The notes under the pieces were generated by a model that made no database searches, had not been told where the DNA came from, and saw only the letters and a program-made list of their open reading frames with translations. A stretch of DNA of 64,000 nucleotides, from positions 21,682,879-21,746,878 of the forward strand of contig JARFYF010000012.1 of assembly GCA_030265395.1 (NCBI GenBank), read 5' to 3'. Source of the stretch: Rhina ancylostomus (taxonomy: Eukaryota). This document shows positions 26,101 to 39,560 of the stretch, in pieces. Position 1 is the stretch's first letter. Every line of letters begins with the position of its first letter. The translations under genes were made by a program, and so were the position numbers.

Positions 26101-27174
26101 CAACAGGTCCCTGAGGCAACTTCTTTTAATTGTTGACATTAAATAGTTCATTGGGTAATGCAAGATACGAACTTGGGTCAAACCCAGCTTCAGTATGCAA
26201 AGGAGAAATCCTGTTACATTTAAAATGTAACTTAGGAGACCCTACAGACATTGTTGTCTGTGAAGAACAAATAATGTTCTAACGCAACACTTAATAGACA
26301 TCCTATAAGATTTGGAATGCTTGTGCAAGGCAACTGCAACTTTATAAAAATATACATGGGCATTNNNNNNNNNNNNNNNNNNNNNNNNNNNNNNNNNNNN
26401 NNNNNNNNNNNNNNNNNNNNNNNNNNNNNNNNNNNNNNNNNNNNNNNNNNNNNNNNNNNNNNNNTAAAAATATACATGGGCATTAGATTAGCTTTCCTTC
26501 TTCGCACCATCTTTTTGTTTTATTTTTCTGCACACCAGATGTCATCCTGAGTCAAATTCAGTGACAGATGTGAGGCTTTAGATTGCAGTGAGTCTTTACT
26601 ACAGAGAAGAATCTAAATATAGTCGAGTGTGAAGAAGGGTGGAAGGAGGAGGAAGACAATGTCATGCAGGTGGAGAATGCTTCTAAAATCCATCCACCAA
26701 TAAGCCTGGTACAGAACTTCTACTTTTCTCCTTTTCAAAAAGTTAGATCTTAGTTTTTTAGTTTGATTGACCATTGCTGAACACTTAATGCATTCTTCTA
26801 GGGAAAATAACTCCATCAGTTTGCATCATGGCCCTCACTACAGTAAAGGAAGGTTTATAACATGGGAACGTGGAGCAAATGAGGAGCATTAGTTTTTGTT
26901 TGCGATCGGCTAGCCCCGCATAAGGACTGAAACCCATCCTTTCTTGATCTATATGACTCAAGACACTTACTAGACAAATTCAACACTCACAAATACCCTG
27001 TGCATCTTCTATTTTCTGAACAATGAACTTTATCTTCAGATAAGAGGGTCATGCATCCTAATCCCCCTGTGTGAGTTAATGAGTAAGAATAAGATAAAAA
27101 AAGACCACAATCAGCTTTCATAATAAATCGGCTCATATCAGCTAAGGAGCAGTGAGTTAATATACGAGATTGAT

Positions 27175-27261
27175 CAGAATAAGATTTAATATCACTGACA
27201 TGTCGTGAAATTTGTGTTCATAAATAGTGCAAAAGAGGAATAACAAGGCAGTGTTCATGGA
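27175..27261 (-). mobile_element. Rex1/Babar 3' UTR remnant
   Basis: AAATAGTGCAAAAGAGGAATAACAAGGCAGTGTTCATGG matches 45050-45086. Confidence 0.7.
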
Positions 27262-28039
27262 TACAACTAGGCTCCATGCTAGGGACAAGGAGAGGAATTC
27301 TGGCTTCCTGACCCTGATGACCAATTAGTAACTCCTTCCGTTAAGCACTGGGTGAGGAGTGGGGTAGGCTTCACTATTACAGTGCCTGCGTTCACACAGC
27401 TTGTTCATGACTGCACGAGATAGTGGGGGCATTTCAGACAGGCAAGCTGTTGACACACCTTTAGACACCAACATGGTGCAGAGTTCCTCAACTTCTTGAT
27501 TAGAAAAGTTGGCTGGTGTGGACAAAGTACAAATTAACTTGGACAGGGCAAGGGAGGGGCTGGGGAAAATAACTGTAAAATATCTTATAATAGCCCTTCA
27601 CTTTACTCAGTCTTATAATAGCAAAAAAATCAGATACATCCAAAATTAAAACAATGAGACATTACAGTCTGTGACTCACCACAACAATTGGCCTCACATT
27701 AACAAACCATGCCACAGTATCATCTTTGAAAGCCTGCCGACACAAATAAACCTTGCACCTTTTCACACCAATGAAATATTCAGTATAAATAGTCCCTTAT
27801 ATGAACGATAGGTTTCCATTTTCTTCTAACTAGCTTTGGTTTCAAATCCTTATGTAAAACAAATCCCTTTCCTTGCTTTGTTCCATTTCCTTTCAGGTTG
27901 GGAAATGCACCAACACGTGGCAGTATCAGGTTGCAGATGTGATGTAGACAGCATTAAGGGCTCTCTCTGTCACTGGACAAGAAGAACTCCTGCCTTCAAT
28001 TCTCCTACCCTGATGCTGATTACGAAATGCTGATGTTTA

Positions 28040-28112
28040 GCCCCCGGGACACTCTACTCCAAAGATGTATTTCACTGTGTGTTTTGATGTACATGTGACA
28101 AACAAAGATATA
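28040..28112 (+). mobile_element. 3' tail fragment of the SINE family at 59.7-60.0 kb
   Basis: GCCCCCGGGACACTCTACTCCAAAGATGTATTTCACTGTG...GATGTACATGTGACAAACAAAGATAT matches the reverse complement of 59695-59766. Confidence 0.8.
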
Positions 28113-30914
28113 TTATAATCAACATTCAATGATTAGAAAGAAGTGGTTCTCCAATGTAACTATTCATATTGCAAATCCAAAATACTGACTGTTTATTCTT
28201 CCACAGATGCTGCCTGACCTGCTTTGAGCAGTCTCCGTTCTTCTAACTCCTCATGCTGTTGTCTTTTCCAAATTATCAGAGCACACCCTCAGTTTGTATG
28301 TATACGCAAATACATTTTTTGTTGTTTTCCTGTTATTTATTTCTAAAAAATTAATCCAACTTTGAAACCAATAGAAGATTGAGTTTGTGGTGTATAAAGT
28401 TGATACGAAACCTACTGCTGAGCTGAGTCCCAGGTTGCAATGTCTTAGTTCTCTGATGCTGGATATACCCAATCTGTTTTGCCATTATAAGATTAGGCAA
28501 AATGAAGACCCTTATGAGAGTTATACAATTTGTTCCCTCATTTCTTTCTCAACTCTCTTGTGCTCCATTCAATTTAATTTGCATTTTCTCCACTCCAAGG
28601 CAGACAATGAATACACCAAGTCTGTGCTAGAGATAAAATAAGATGCCCTAATGGTCGCATTCCACCATGGCCTTAAATTTGCCTCTGCTTCAAATATTTC
28701 TCCTACTTTCCTTTCAAAATTAGAATGGCCTTTAACTCAACATTGCCCAATCCCAAATCCTTCTGCAATCTAACCATTCACCATTAAAAGAAATTTGAGG
28801 GTAGAGAATGGGGAGTCAAGAGCTTAGTTATTTTGTTTAATTAAAAACATACCACTGAACCAGGCCTTGAATTGGGTAGAGATAATAACTGGTAATGGTT
28901 CAGAGGTTGCAGTGAATTAAAAGGTTTCCTCCTACATACCAGGAGTATTTAAATTCTGGATGAAGTCCATTATAACACTTGATTTTAAAGAACTAGGGAT
29001 GATTATACAGAGAGAAAAATAAATCACAAAAATGGTCATAATACATTTGTTTACCTTTAATAGTCAAGATTAACAGTAAACAAATTCTTATGCAGTTATT
29101 ATTTTTGCAGTTCTTCTGAAAATTAAGTCAAGTGACATTTGAATGCCTATTGCCTCTTGCATCCCAGTAAATACATAAACTCAAAAAGGTTTCACAATTG
29201 ACTTACCATCTGTGCAACAATATATTGTCAGTTCATTGTGTGTAAGAACTTTTCTTCACTCTACAAGCATTGAATGCACAGTTAAAGTTAATTTTGTTAA
29301 GGACAGCTATGCCTGGTGCACAGTAACAGACGCTTCCAGTTGCATAAAATTACCCGAATTTACTCCAGGGTGTCTGTGCACTAAGAAGTGAAGCAGCAAA
29401 CAAATGCACCGTGATGCACTTTGCCAGCTGCCAGACTGAACCTACAAGCCCACCCATACAGGCTGGAACAATGTGTTTATTACAATCTTGGATTGGATGA
29501 ACCTCACATCCCCTGCCAACCTTCAGGCAAAAGCTTCAATTATAATGTTGTTCCCAGTTCCAATGTTATGTAAATTGGATGAGCTTAGAAAGCTAGCATT
29601 CCAAACAGATTGCAGCCAGTGATACCCAACAACTGAAACAGATGATCAAGTTATTTACTGCATTGTGGGATACTACTGTGTACAAACTGACTGCCACATG
29701 TTCTACACCACAAAAAGGTGGCCAAGCTCCATTGGTTGTAAAGGGCTGTGAGATAAAAACAAGTCTTTTGTTCAAAGATTATAAACATCACTATAGTTTT
29801 ACACTTCAGTTGGGAGTGGGTAAAGTTGTAACCAAGGTCACTTTTGCCTGGCCTGTTGTCATCTGCAACTCTTTTTGTTCTCCAGTATCAGGTGCACTGT
29901 GGTTGGAACTGGTTAAATAGCTGTGATAGGAAAAAAACTTTACCATTTACATTTCCAGTTTTTGCACATCCAATTCACTGTGGGGTTTTGTTACATTTTG
30001 TGTCATTAGTGTCTTAATCTCCATGACATTTCAAATTTCTACTCAATTTAAATATGAATACAGCTGAATTTTGAAAAGCACAGAGTCTAAGTAATTTGCC
30101 AAGAAATGTTCATCCCTCAAACAGGCTTCTGCTGAGCTCAGGTATAAATCTAAACAGGACTCCACTGCATCGCTGGGATTTAAAACTAATCTTCAGAAAA
30201 CATTTTACCATATCAGCGCTGCTCACTCTTTCCAACAAAAAGGGAGAAAATTACAGAGAGCCACCTGCTAATAGCAGATTAAATTAATTACAGGTTAAAT
30301 GCTTATCACTGATCACTTAGTGATGGCCAGTAATTTATTTCTCAATGAAGCTTTAATGCCCGATTTTGTAAGCGGTTATCAGTAAGGTTATACTCCAACT
30401 AGCATGACGACATGACACTTAAAATGAAAATGGGCTGGGCAGGGGCTAGGAGAGGTTACAGAGTAGGACAGGAGGTGGGATTTAAAAATTAATTCCACTG
30501 ACCAATTGGAGCCAGTTTCCTGGGTACCCACATAGTACTGCCATGGAACAATACCATAGGCTGCCATAAGGTATGGGTAAAGGAAATTAAAAGCTTATCC
30601 AATCATTTCTTCCATAGCAATCATTGCTTGACGAGCTCCAATACAATTGTCATTCTTTGGAAACAACCAACAAGATGTCTCTTCAGCTTTTTTATTTGCA
30701 TTCACTGCCCTCACATTGACGCTATCACATGCTAAGGCACTACCAAGTCAGTGTTGATTCTGGTGGCCCAGTTGACTAACTCTCCCAAGACCATCTATCA
30801 CTAACCACATTTTGAACCTGCTGCAGAGATATGCTGATAGCTTTGTGGATGCTAGCTGACTTCCTCTGCTTCTCTTTCCTCTCATTGTACCCAACACAAT
30901 TCACTTAGACACCA

Positions 30915-31050
30915 AATCAGAGTCTAGGGCGTAGGAACAGTCCCTTTGCCCCACTATGTCCATGCTGACAATCAATATCTATCTATACTAATCCCATTCA
31001 CCAGCACTTGGTCCGTAGCCTACTGTCCCTTGGCAATTCAAGTGTTCCTC
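30915..31050 (-). mobile_element. CR1 3' end fragment
   Basis: GGAACAGTCCCTTTGCCCCACTATGTCCATGCTGAC...CTAATCCCATT...GGCAATTCAAGTG is similar to 36350-36462. Confidence 0.7.
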
Positions 31051-31409
31051 TACTTTATTATTTACCTGCATCACTTGTCCAAAGTAGGATGCCACAAGTG
31101 CCAGCTCTCCACTGCTCTCTCACCTGAATGGATATGTTCCATGTAAACTGCTGCACAGAAATTATCCATAGATTATTCCTCTTTTGAAGCCTGTGGGTTG
31201 GTGGGTAGGTGTGCTGTGTGTTCCTTTTGTTGTAAGCACATGGCATCCAGTTGCTACCACTGTGGACATCAGGGAGCTTGGTATCTTCCTAGATGCTGCA
31301 CCTCTATTTTCAGTAGTTCTGCAGAGAAATCCCCAAGTGTTTTCTGGGGCCCTTATGGAAATGTCTTGCCACAGAACTCAGAGTTTGCTTCAGGAGTCTG
31401 AGGTCAAGC

Positions 31410-31585
31410 AAGATGGTGACTTTGGTAGGCTAATCAGCTTCTGTAAATTATTCCAAGAGTAGGTGGATAGGAGGAGAATCAGGGTACTGAGGCGCATATG
31501 AGGGAATTGGTTAGAGGAAAATACGTAAGGAATGGGATTGCTCCAAGAGCAAGCATAGGGTTGATGAGCTGAATAGCTGCCTCCT
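31410..31585 (+). mobile_element. Degraded V-SINE 3' half
   Basis: GGTAGGCTAATCAGCTTCTGTAAATT...GGGATTGCTC...GATGAGCTGAATAGCTGCCTCCT parallels 58665-58830. Confidence 0.55.
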
Positions 31586-31624
31586 ATTTCAGAAGGAAGA
31601 AAAATGAGAACATTGGAGACAATA

Positions 31625-31850
31625 AATTGCGGCATGGAGTCCAGGTGAAACGTTTAAAAGACAGTCTTGGTTGCGGAGATCTTTGAAGTGCTCCTTCCAA
31701 CCAGCATTGTCTGTCACTCTGTCCTTGACAAGCTGTCACCATTCTCAGCTCCATGATATCCACTGAACCATCACCGATGGTTATTAAACTCAGCCCCCTT
31801 GTTTTTAACATTGTTTTCTGGGCTGATTTGTGCTAATGATATTGTTCCAG
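31625..31850 (-). mobile_element. RTE-clade LINE internal fragment
   Basis: Minus strand encodes AGWKEHFKDLRNQD, matching the RTE linker motif RWxEHFxxLLN. Confidence 0.6.
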
Positions 31851-34800
31851 GAACTCAATGGGAGGTGGGACCTGGTCCAAAGGGAGTCAACAAGTCAGTT
31901 TCACAATGCACACAAACGTGACGGAAAAAAATGACTGTGGTGTGAATTGAGCTGTTGATTCACAATCAACTCACTCTGAAACACTGGTATTGACCAGCTT
32001 TATGCCCACTGTTTCTGCCTTAACAATGAAGCAACTGAACTAACACTCATTTCCAATCAAATAACATGACTGCAGAAGCATTTTGGGTCTGTATTCCCTC
32101 CTCTTCATAAGTCATCTCAATACCTCTTCAAGTTTTTACAAAATAATTAAAAACCACAGCTAAAAACAAGAATACCAAAAGGAATGAACTCCAACAAAAG
32201 TAATTCAGAAGCATTTTGTAAATGATTAATTTCTGAAGCACTAATCATTCTCTGAAGGCTTGCAGGGGAAATCTGAGAAATCGATGGGACTGACTCAGAG
32301 ATGCACCCAGCAGGAACACAGAAACAAGCATTAAGTTACAATGTGGTTGACAGACTTCTTCCCTAAATTTCTAAAAGCCATTCAGTGTTATAGCCATCCA
32401 GTACAAATAAGAAAGATCAAGTTGTAGATTGTGGATAGGACTGAAGAAGTTTTGGTACAAAGCTGTGATGGGTATCTTTTTAGCATGTATCTGATCCACT
32501 TCATCTTTACCATAAAACAAATAGGACACATCTGATAAAGCAACCTTCAACTCCGCTTAAAGAATCTGGCATGGCTATCCCAATCCTTTCCATTAAAAGA
32601 AATCCAACATGCACTCCAGTGCACAATCTGCCCTGGTTCCTTTACTTCATCTTAATGATTCCTTCTACCTCAGTGCTAGCTATAGAGCACAAAACTAACA
32701 ACCTTGGCATAAGATCAAACAATACAGCTATTAGATTTGTAATGGTACAGAGAAGATGTACTGGATAGAAATCCACGTGGAGTTTGACAAATTTTATATT
32801 TATATGGTTGCTGCACTTACTGGAAACCCAAAGACTATTTAATACTCCATCACCAGCACAGTTTGGCCTGCCTTTAAATAAAAGCCTCTAAGGTCTGGCA
32901 ATCTCCCTAGTTTACAGTTTGCACTAGCTAGAGTTGGCAGATGAACACGAGTCAGAAGGGACCAGATTTCCAGCATCTGCTTAATATGTTATTATGCAGG
33001 AAAAGTAAAGAAAATGGGTCACTTTGGACATTTAATCTGCAAATACTAGTGGGGACAAGTGCACTAGGCACATGTCCAGGTTTGTGTTCAGTAAGCAATG
33101 AGGGGGCGAGAAAAAGTTGCTCTGTAATGATTGTCCACAGTTCATATTGGCATTTATGCCAAGTAGCAGTAAAAGTAGTTACCTTATAACTCCTCAGTCA
33201 TCACATATTTAAAGACTATGTAATAATTTGCTTACATCTACAACTATAAATTCCTCTCAATGATACCCAATCAGCACTACAGATATGATCCTCTCCAGAA
33301 AACAAATCCATGCAATACTGAAGGTACTTCCTTTGTTGAAATTGCAATGTTATCTATGACCTGTAATAAATGGGAATAGCCAATACTATAGAGAAAATTA
33401 CATTCAGTCTCATTCTTATCTGCAAGTCATTAATTTGTGATAAATGAATTATTGCAACTATTGCTGAAATTAATGCTATTCATAAAGTAACTCTAAATAG
33501 TTTAGAGTGAAGCTGTAATGATTAAGGAGTTCAATGTTTCTATCAAATATTCTCTAAAAACTCATTAAGTGTAAACTACTTCACCCTCTATAAGTGTATA
33601 AAACTGTCTTCTCCTTCAGTAATTTATTACACCATAAGACAGCTCATGGCCTAAACTATTACATGCTTCCAATTAGCTGCTTGCAGCTTTTCTCTGAAAA
33701 TTTAATGAGATAACACCATATAAAGCTGCTGACTTAAGATACTGAGCACAGCTCTAGTATCAATGCAGCCATTCAGCAAAACACACTTCAGCTTCCACTA
33801 AGCTGCATTTTGCAACTTCTATTTAAAAATAAATTACATTTGAAGCAGTCATGTTTGTGGTTTAAATGGAAATCTTCCTTTCTAAAGAGATTAGAATGTT
33901 TCAAAGAAGGTCAAAGTCAGAAGAAAGCAAAAAGAAAAACAATTAAAACCATGGTTTTAAAAAGAAACACTTTTTAATAAAGACTCACTGATAGCACAGC
34001 AAGCAGGTTAATCAAGCCACAATCGAAAGCCTTTAGTTACTTCAGAATTTATTTCATTACAAATTTCATCAAATTTTAATAAGGGTATTAGAATCAAACT
34101 CACCAGACCACTATTGTGATTTATTTTAGTGCATCCCACAGAGACAATGCTCCCGAATGAATGGTTTAAAATCGTTACTGTACCAGAGGCCTAAATGCTG
34201 AAAGCTCAGGTCTACTCTTGATTATCTCTGAAAAATTAATTAAACCACTTTAAGCTTAGATGACTCTATTTTAATTTACTTTCTTGGCACCCACTGACAC
34301 AACTGAGGCTTCACTATATTGAATGGTTTTCTTTAAAGCAATTGATCAATGGCAGTTGTTGATTCTGAATACTGTGATGCATTTGAAGGTGCACAGCCAG
34401 AAAGAACACGAGAATATCGCAGCAGGAGTAGACAACCTGGCCCCTGGTAGTAGGCTACAAGCAACACATGATCCCACCACAATGGATTTTACAACATGAG
34501 GGTCAAAAGTCTATCCGGGCTCATGAAACACTGAGGTCCTGTTGCAAGAATTGCAAAACCACCCAGGCCTTCAAGTTATACTGACAAACTCATATGAATA
34601 GTTTCAGTGGCAAGGTCAGTATTTACTAAAAATCACTATCAAAATATTCTTTCAATGTACTGTACATTTGAATCAAAAGTTTACCATTTTAAATCTGCCT
34701 TAGGATAGGTACAGGATACAATTCACCCTGGTTATTTCTTTCCATTTCCCATTCTTAATTTCTGCTTTTCCTGTAATCATTGCCTGTTGGACCAAGGCCA

Positions 34801-36339
34801 ATGTCACACGTGCACACACGTTCACACTGAAGTGCTTTTTTTTCCTTTTTACCACTCTCCAATAAGAGGAAGCAAGAAGAAAGATGATAACAGCATTAAC
34901 ACCCGCAGCCAGCAAGCCAGTTCAGGCAGATAAAAATAACCATGTTGACTAATAATAGTATCTTCAACATTCAAGACTTAACAAAGCACTTCAGAAATCG
35001 ATGCAAGAGTTAAAGAAAGTGAAATGGGTGGGGAGACCAAAGATGTGGTGAAAGATGTAGGTTTCTGGAAAGTTTTCAGAAGAGGAAAGTTGGAAGGAAT
35101 TTTACAAAAGGAGAACCTGGATGGCTGAAAACTCTGCATGAATTAGTTGAGTAAAGGGAATGAGTCAGAGCAATGCTGTCAGGACTTTTCATGTGCTGCA
35201 AACTGAGGGGCAATGCAACAGACAAAAAGGCTTCATTTGAACTGCAAAATGCTTACCTTTTCTGGAATAGCTTCAGATCAACACATTTAGATTTCACCTA
35301 TTACTTACTGTTCCCCAGGGTTATACAAGCTTCCATTTTAAGTTTATTTCTGATAGGTATTTGGCTGACAGCACTTCATAGATGACACTATAAACTTTAA
35401 AACTGGAAGGTGTAGTGCAAAATGCACAGAAAATCCAGTCTGTGCAATATTAATGGATTTGCATCCTTTTCCCTTCCTTGGTGAAGTTGGACCAGGCACT
35501 TTTCACTTTGGGGCAGCTGCTATTTTCCTGGTGTCACGTGCAGACACAATGATGTAATGCACATGGCTGCCCTGGCATCAGAAAAGGAGCAATGATGCCC
35601 ACCCTCTGATCTTCATTTATAATTTGTAGTTAAAAAAAAAGGAACAACTCTCATAGTAAGTTGGCAAAGAGATGCAAACTAAAGGGACATCAATGTTGCC
35701 TCATATCCCCACTTGAGTTTTCAATGCTTCACTTTATGAATCATAGCTACGTCTTACATTATTGTAGTTATTCACAATATTGATGCATACTGCCATGTCT
35801 GCAGACTCATGAGCTTGGGCTCATGAGGAGAGTGGCCACTCTCAGACAGACAACAACTGGTTCAAGAAGACTAGTTGAGAGGGGTGGAGGTACAGGAACT
35901 AGTCACTTGAGTCACTGCCCTTCTGCATTTGCCCATTTTCTCACATCTCTATGGCAGCCAGAGTGGCTGTAGAAAAGGCTGCCACTGAGACTACTTCTTA
36001 TGGCTTTGCCATACTTCCTGGTGGCAACTCCATTCTCTGCAACAGAATGCCATCATGAGCCATTTATAGCAACAAAGGAGAGAGGGGAGAAATACCCTAA
36101 TGATTTGCTGATGGTAAATTTCTGCAATTTTACCATTTTTGGTATCCCTGGTTAGGCATTAGCACGACAAGCAGCACCATCTAAAACCACTTTCACACTT
36201 GATGTGCTATTTTCTATTTTTATTTGAGGCACGGGGGGAAGCAAGCAGGAACATGGTATTGGGATAGACAATGTATTGAATGAGGGAGCAGACTTGAAGA
36301 GCCAAATGGTTTATTCCTGGAGTTACAGGATCATATACT

Positions 36340-37405
36340 TAGAGTCACACAGCACAGAAACATGCCCTCCAGCCCAGTGTCCATGCCATGTGATGTACCT
36401 ATCTACATCAATCCCATTTACCCGCAATAAGTACATAGGTCTCTATGCTTTAGTGATTCGAGTACAGGCGACCCCCGTGTTATGGTGAGGAGGGGGTGTT
36501 ATGTTCCTAGCAAAGCCTGTTCATCTGCATATGCGTCAAGAATGAGAATTGAAAAAAAAGTTATTTTATTTACTCTTCCCCCCCCCCCCACAAAGTACAT
36601 TTCGTATAAGTGAATTTTTATTCCATATCCCAGATTTTTAGTTGTGATTTGTGAATTCTGTAAGGGCAAATTTCTTTGACCTGAACTGCCATAATACAGG
36701 AGTTGCCTGTACTTGTCTAGATGTTTGTTAAATGTTATGAGAATATCTGTTTCCACCACTTCTTCAGGCAGCACATTCAAAACACACTTTGTGAAAAAAT
36801 TCCCCTCAGTTCCTAAACCTCCTACCTCTCACGTTAAACCTATGCATTCTTGTCTCTGACAGCCCCAACACAGGAAAAAGATTTTTACTATCTACTCTAC
36901 CTTTCTCCCTCATAATTTTATATACCTCTATCAGTTCATCCCTCGGCCTCCTTTGCTCCAGAGAAAACAAACCCCGCCGATCCAGTCTCTCCTTATGACT
37001 CTAATCCTCCAATCCAGGCAACATCCTGGTGAACGTCCTCTGCACTTCCCTTCCGCACAATCACATCCTTCCGATAGTGTGACAACCAGAATTGCACACA
37101 ATACTCCAGGTGTGGCCTAATTAGTGTTTCATAAAACTCTAAGATGATGCCCCAGCTCTTATGTTTTATGCACCTCACCCACCTGCTGCCACTTTCAGGG
37201 ACCCAAGGACTTGTACCCCAGGTTCCCTCTGTTCATTAACATACTGTAGGGTCCTGTGCAAGTCCTACCTTTGTCTGCCTTCTCAAAATGCATCACCTCA
37301 GAATTAAGTTCCATTTGCGATTGCTCTCTTCAACTTTCCGGCTGATCTATATCATGCTGTGGCCTTAAACAACCTTCCTTGCTATCCACAACATCACCAA
37401 TATTT
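36340..37405 (-). mobile_element. CR1 LINE 3' portion, interrupted by a MITE
   Basis: Encodes ILEFYETLIRPHLEYCVQFWLSHYRKDVI (CR1 RT C-terminus); CR1 3' UTR at 36340-36462. Confidence 0.9.
36465..36709. mobile_element. Non-autonomous Tc1/mariner-pogo (Tigger-like) MITE
   Basis: Imperfect TIRs CAGGCGACCCCCGTGTTATGG and, reverse-complemented, CAGGCAACTCCTGTATTATGG; TA on both sides (36463-64 and 36710-11). Confidence 0.85.
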
Positions 37406-37544
37406 CTGATCCCAGTTTCAATGGAAATCCAATTNNNNNNNNNNNNATCATAACTTTAGTGCCCGTAGCCACACTCATCCACATTAAAACAAGTAACAGA
37501 GGAGGTAATTAATAAGATTACATAATTTCCACAAGTAGGTATCT

Positions 37545-37845
37545 AGGTATTGCAGAGACTGCCATCCTTCGGGTGAGAGATACTGAACTGAAAACCCACC
37601 TGCTCTCTCAGGTGGATGTAAAAAGTCTCGTGGCTTTACTCTGGAGATTTTTTAATGAACTTCTCCTTTATATCTTGGCAATATGCATCACTTCCTGAAC
37701 ATCAATAAAACATATCATCTGGTCATCATCAGATTGTCCTTTGTGAGTTCCAGCTCCCTACATTATAATAATGATCACACTTTGAAAATACTTAATTCGT
37801 AATAAGGTGTTTTTGGACAATTAAAAAGGGATATGAAGGACACGA
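37545..37845 (+). mobile_element. Deu-domain SINE (SacSINE1/AmnSINE1-like)
   Basis: TGCCATCCTTCGGGTGAGA...CTGCTCTCTCAGGTGGATGTAAAAAG...ATCTGGTCATCATCAGATTG...CCTACATTATAA matches the Deu-SINE core as I recall it. Confidence 0.75.
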
Positions 37846-37879
37846 CCTGTCAATGGCTAATACACACATTCAGGCTGCT

Positions 37880-38275
37880 GCAATGCATCACAAAACATCC
37901 CTGAATGGTCTAGAGTGATATTCCCTCAATCCACCACTCTGAAAATTCCCTCCCTCCACCAACGTCACACAGGTGTGTGCCTCACAAAATGTGCTGTATC
38001 AACTCACCAAGGTTTCTTTAGCAGCATCTCCTAAACCAGATCCTTCTCTGTGATGGGAGAGCTAAAAGCAGCAAGTACAGTGAAACACCATGAACTACAA
38101 ATCATACACTATCTTCATGTGAATATTTGTTCCTTCATCATTACTCAGTCAAAATTCTTGGACCCTTTTATCCAACGGTATTGAGGGGGTACCTTCACCA
38201 CAAAGACTCAGTGGTTTAAGAAACTAGCACACTATTTGAGAAGTAATTAGGGATACCCACATCACATGAATAAAA
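37880..38275 (+). mobile_element. CR1-clade (second family) degraded 3' end
   Basis: Colinear with 2160-2535 (ATTCCCTCCCTCCACCA...AACTCACCAAGG...CAGCATCTCCTAAACC...GTCAAAATTC...CCCACATCACATGAAT). Confidence 0.75.
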
Positions 38276-39024
38276 AGAAAGTTCCTTCCTTCCCCATAGA
38301 GAAGCAAATGGCCTCAGCTAGACACAGCATTAATGAGATAAACACTTTGTCACATGCTGACATTGACTTGTACTGTTTCAATTATAAACAGAATGATGCC
38401 ACATGCTGAAAGCCTGGTTCATTGGGAGTTTATTGTTCCAAATACAGCTATGCCATGGCAAATCAACGCTCCAGGACCAAGAATCATTGGTTGCAAAACT
38501 TTCAAAAACTCTATAAATTTGGACATTATTTAGAATGGTGATTAAGCCTCCCTCTGGGTCTGAAACTTTCCAGCAACAAATCACAAATACAGACACATGA
38601 AAGTCATTTGATAAATCCACTCTGGTCAGTTACTCTTCAGTTCACAATATACACGTCCAGAATCATTGAGGAAGCTGAGCTACCATTAATTTGTATTTTA
38701 ATTAATAGGTCATCCTTTTTGTATTAAAAAAAAGTTATGTAATTTTTAGTCTGGATATTTATCAATATTTATACTACTACAATAAACAGTCAATAAAGAT
38801 ATGTGGTAACACAAAAAGGAAACGTCCTCTCACACCATCTCATTAAAAGCTGTAATGAATAAACCAGTTGGATTCTGCTTGGAATGCAGGACAGAAAACT
38901 AATTATCTCAAGGTCAGGCATCTCATAATAAATATCACCTACATTCATGAAATGCTCTGGCATACTGCTTTCCATGTGTTTAAAACCTGCCCCACCAGTT
39001 GCAAGAATTATGACACTTCCCCCT

Positions 39025-39030
<6 letters not shown>

Positions 39031-39073
<43 letters not shown>
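39031..39073. repeat. (CA)n microsatellite
   Basis: Uninterrupted AC run of about 43 bp. Confidence 0.98.
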
Positions 39074-39074
<1 letters not shown>

Positions 39075-39076
<2 letters not shown>

Positions 39077-39560
39077 CTTTAATGCAACATGTGTTACCAA
39101 ATTAAATTTGACAAAGGAAATATTTGGGCAGAATCTTGGTCAAGTGGTTTGAGTACAAGAAGCACTGAGGTAAGAAGGAAAGAATAGAGAGGTAAAGAGC
39201 TATACAGATGGAATCCTAGATCTCAGGGCCTTGGCAGTTGAAGGAATGGATACCACTGAATGAATAAATAAAATCTGGGATGTGCAAAAGAAATGGAAGA
39301 ACAGATACCTTTAAGGACTGTAGGGTTCAAAAGGGATAACAGAAATAGGGAGGTTTGAGGCAATGAAGGGATATGGAGACAAGGAGGAGAAGTTTAAAAA
39401 TCAATATTGCCTTACCCAAGGCCAATCTACATCAGTGAGCATATGGCTAATGAATAAACAGAACTTGATACAAGTTAAGACAGGAGAAAAGAGTTTTAAA
39501 GAACCTCAAAATTTACAGGAGGTTAAATTATGAAAGGCAAGCCACAAGTGAGATGAAGTA
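39075..39560 (-). mobile_element. L2 LINE 3' fragment
   Basis: Purine-rich; AAGGAAAGAATAGAGAGG...GGAATCCTAGA..TCAGGGCCTTGGCAGTTGAAGG...ACAGAAATAGGGAGG is the antisense of an L2 3' end. Confidence 0.7.

Noticed and set aside
35806-35827. Perfect 9-bp hairpin CTCATGAGC-TTGG-GCTCATGAG (similar small stems at ~4870 and ~61968)
   Set aside because: Stems this short are expected by chance in 64 kb and are too small for pre-miRNAs.
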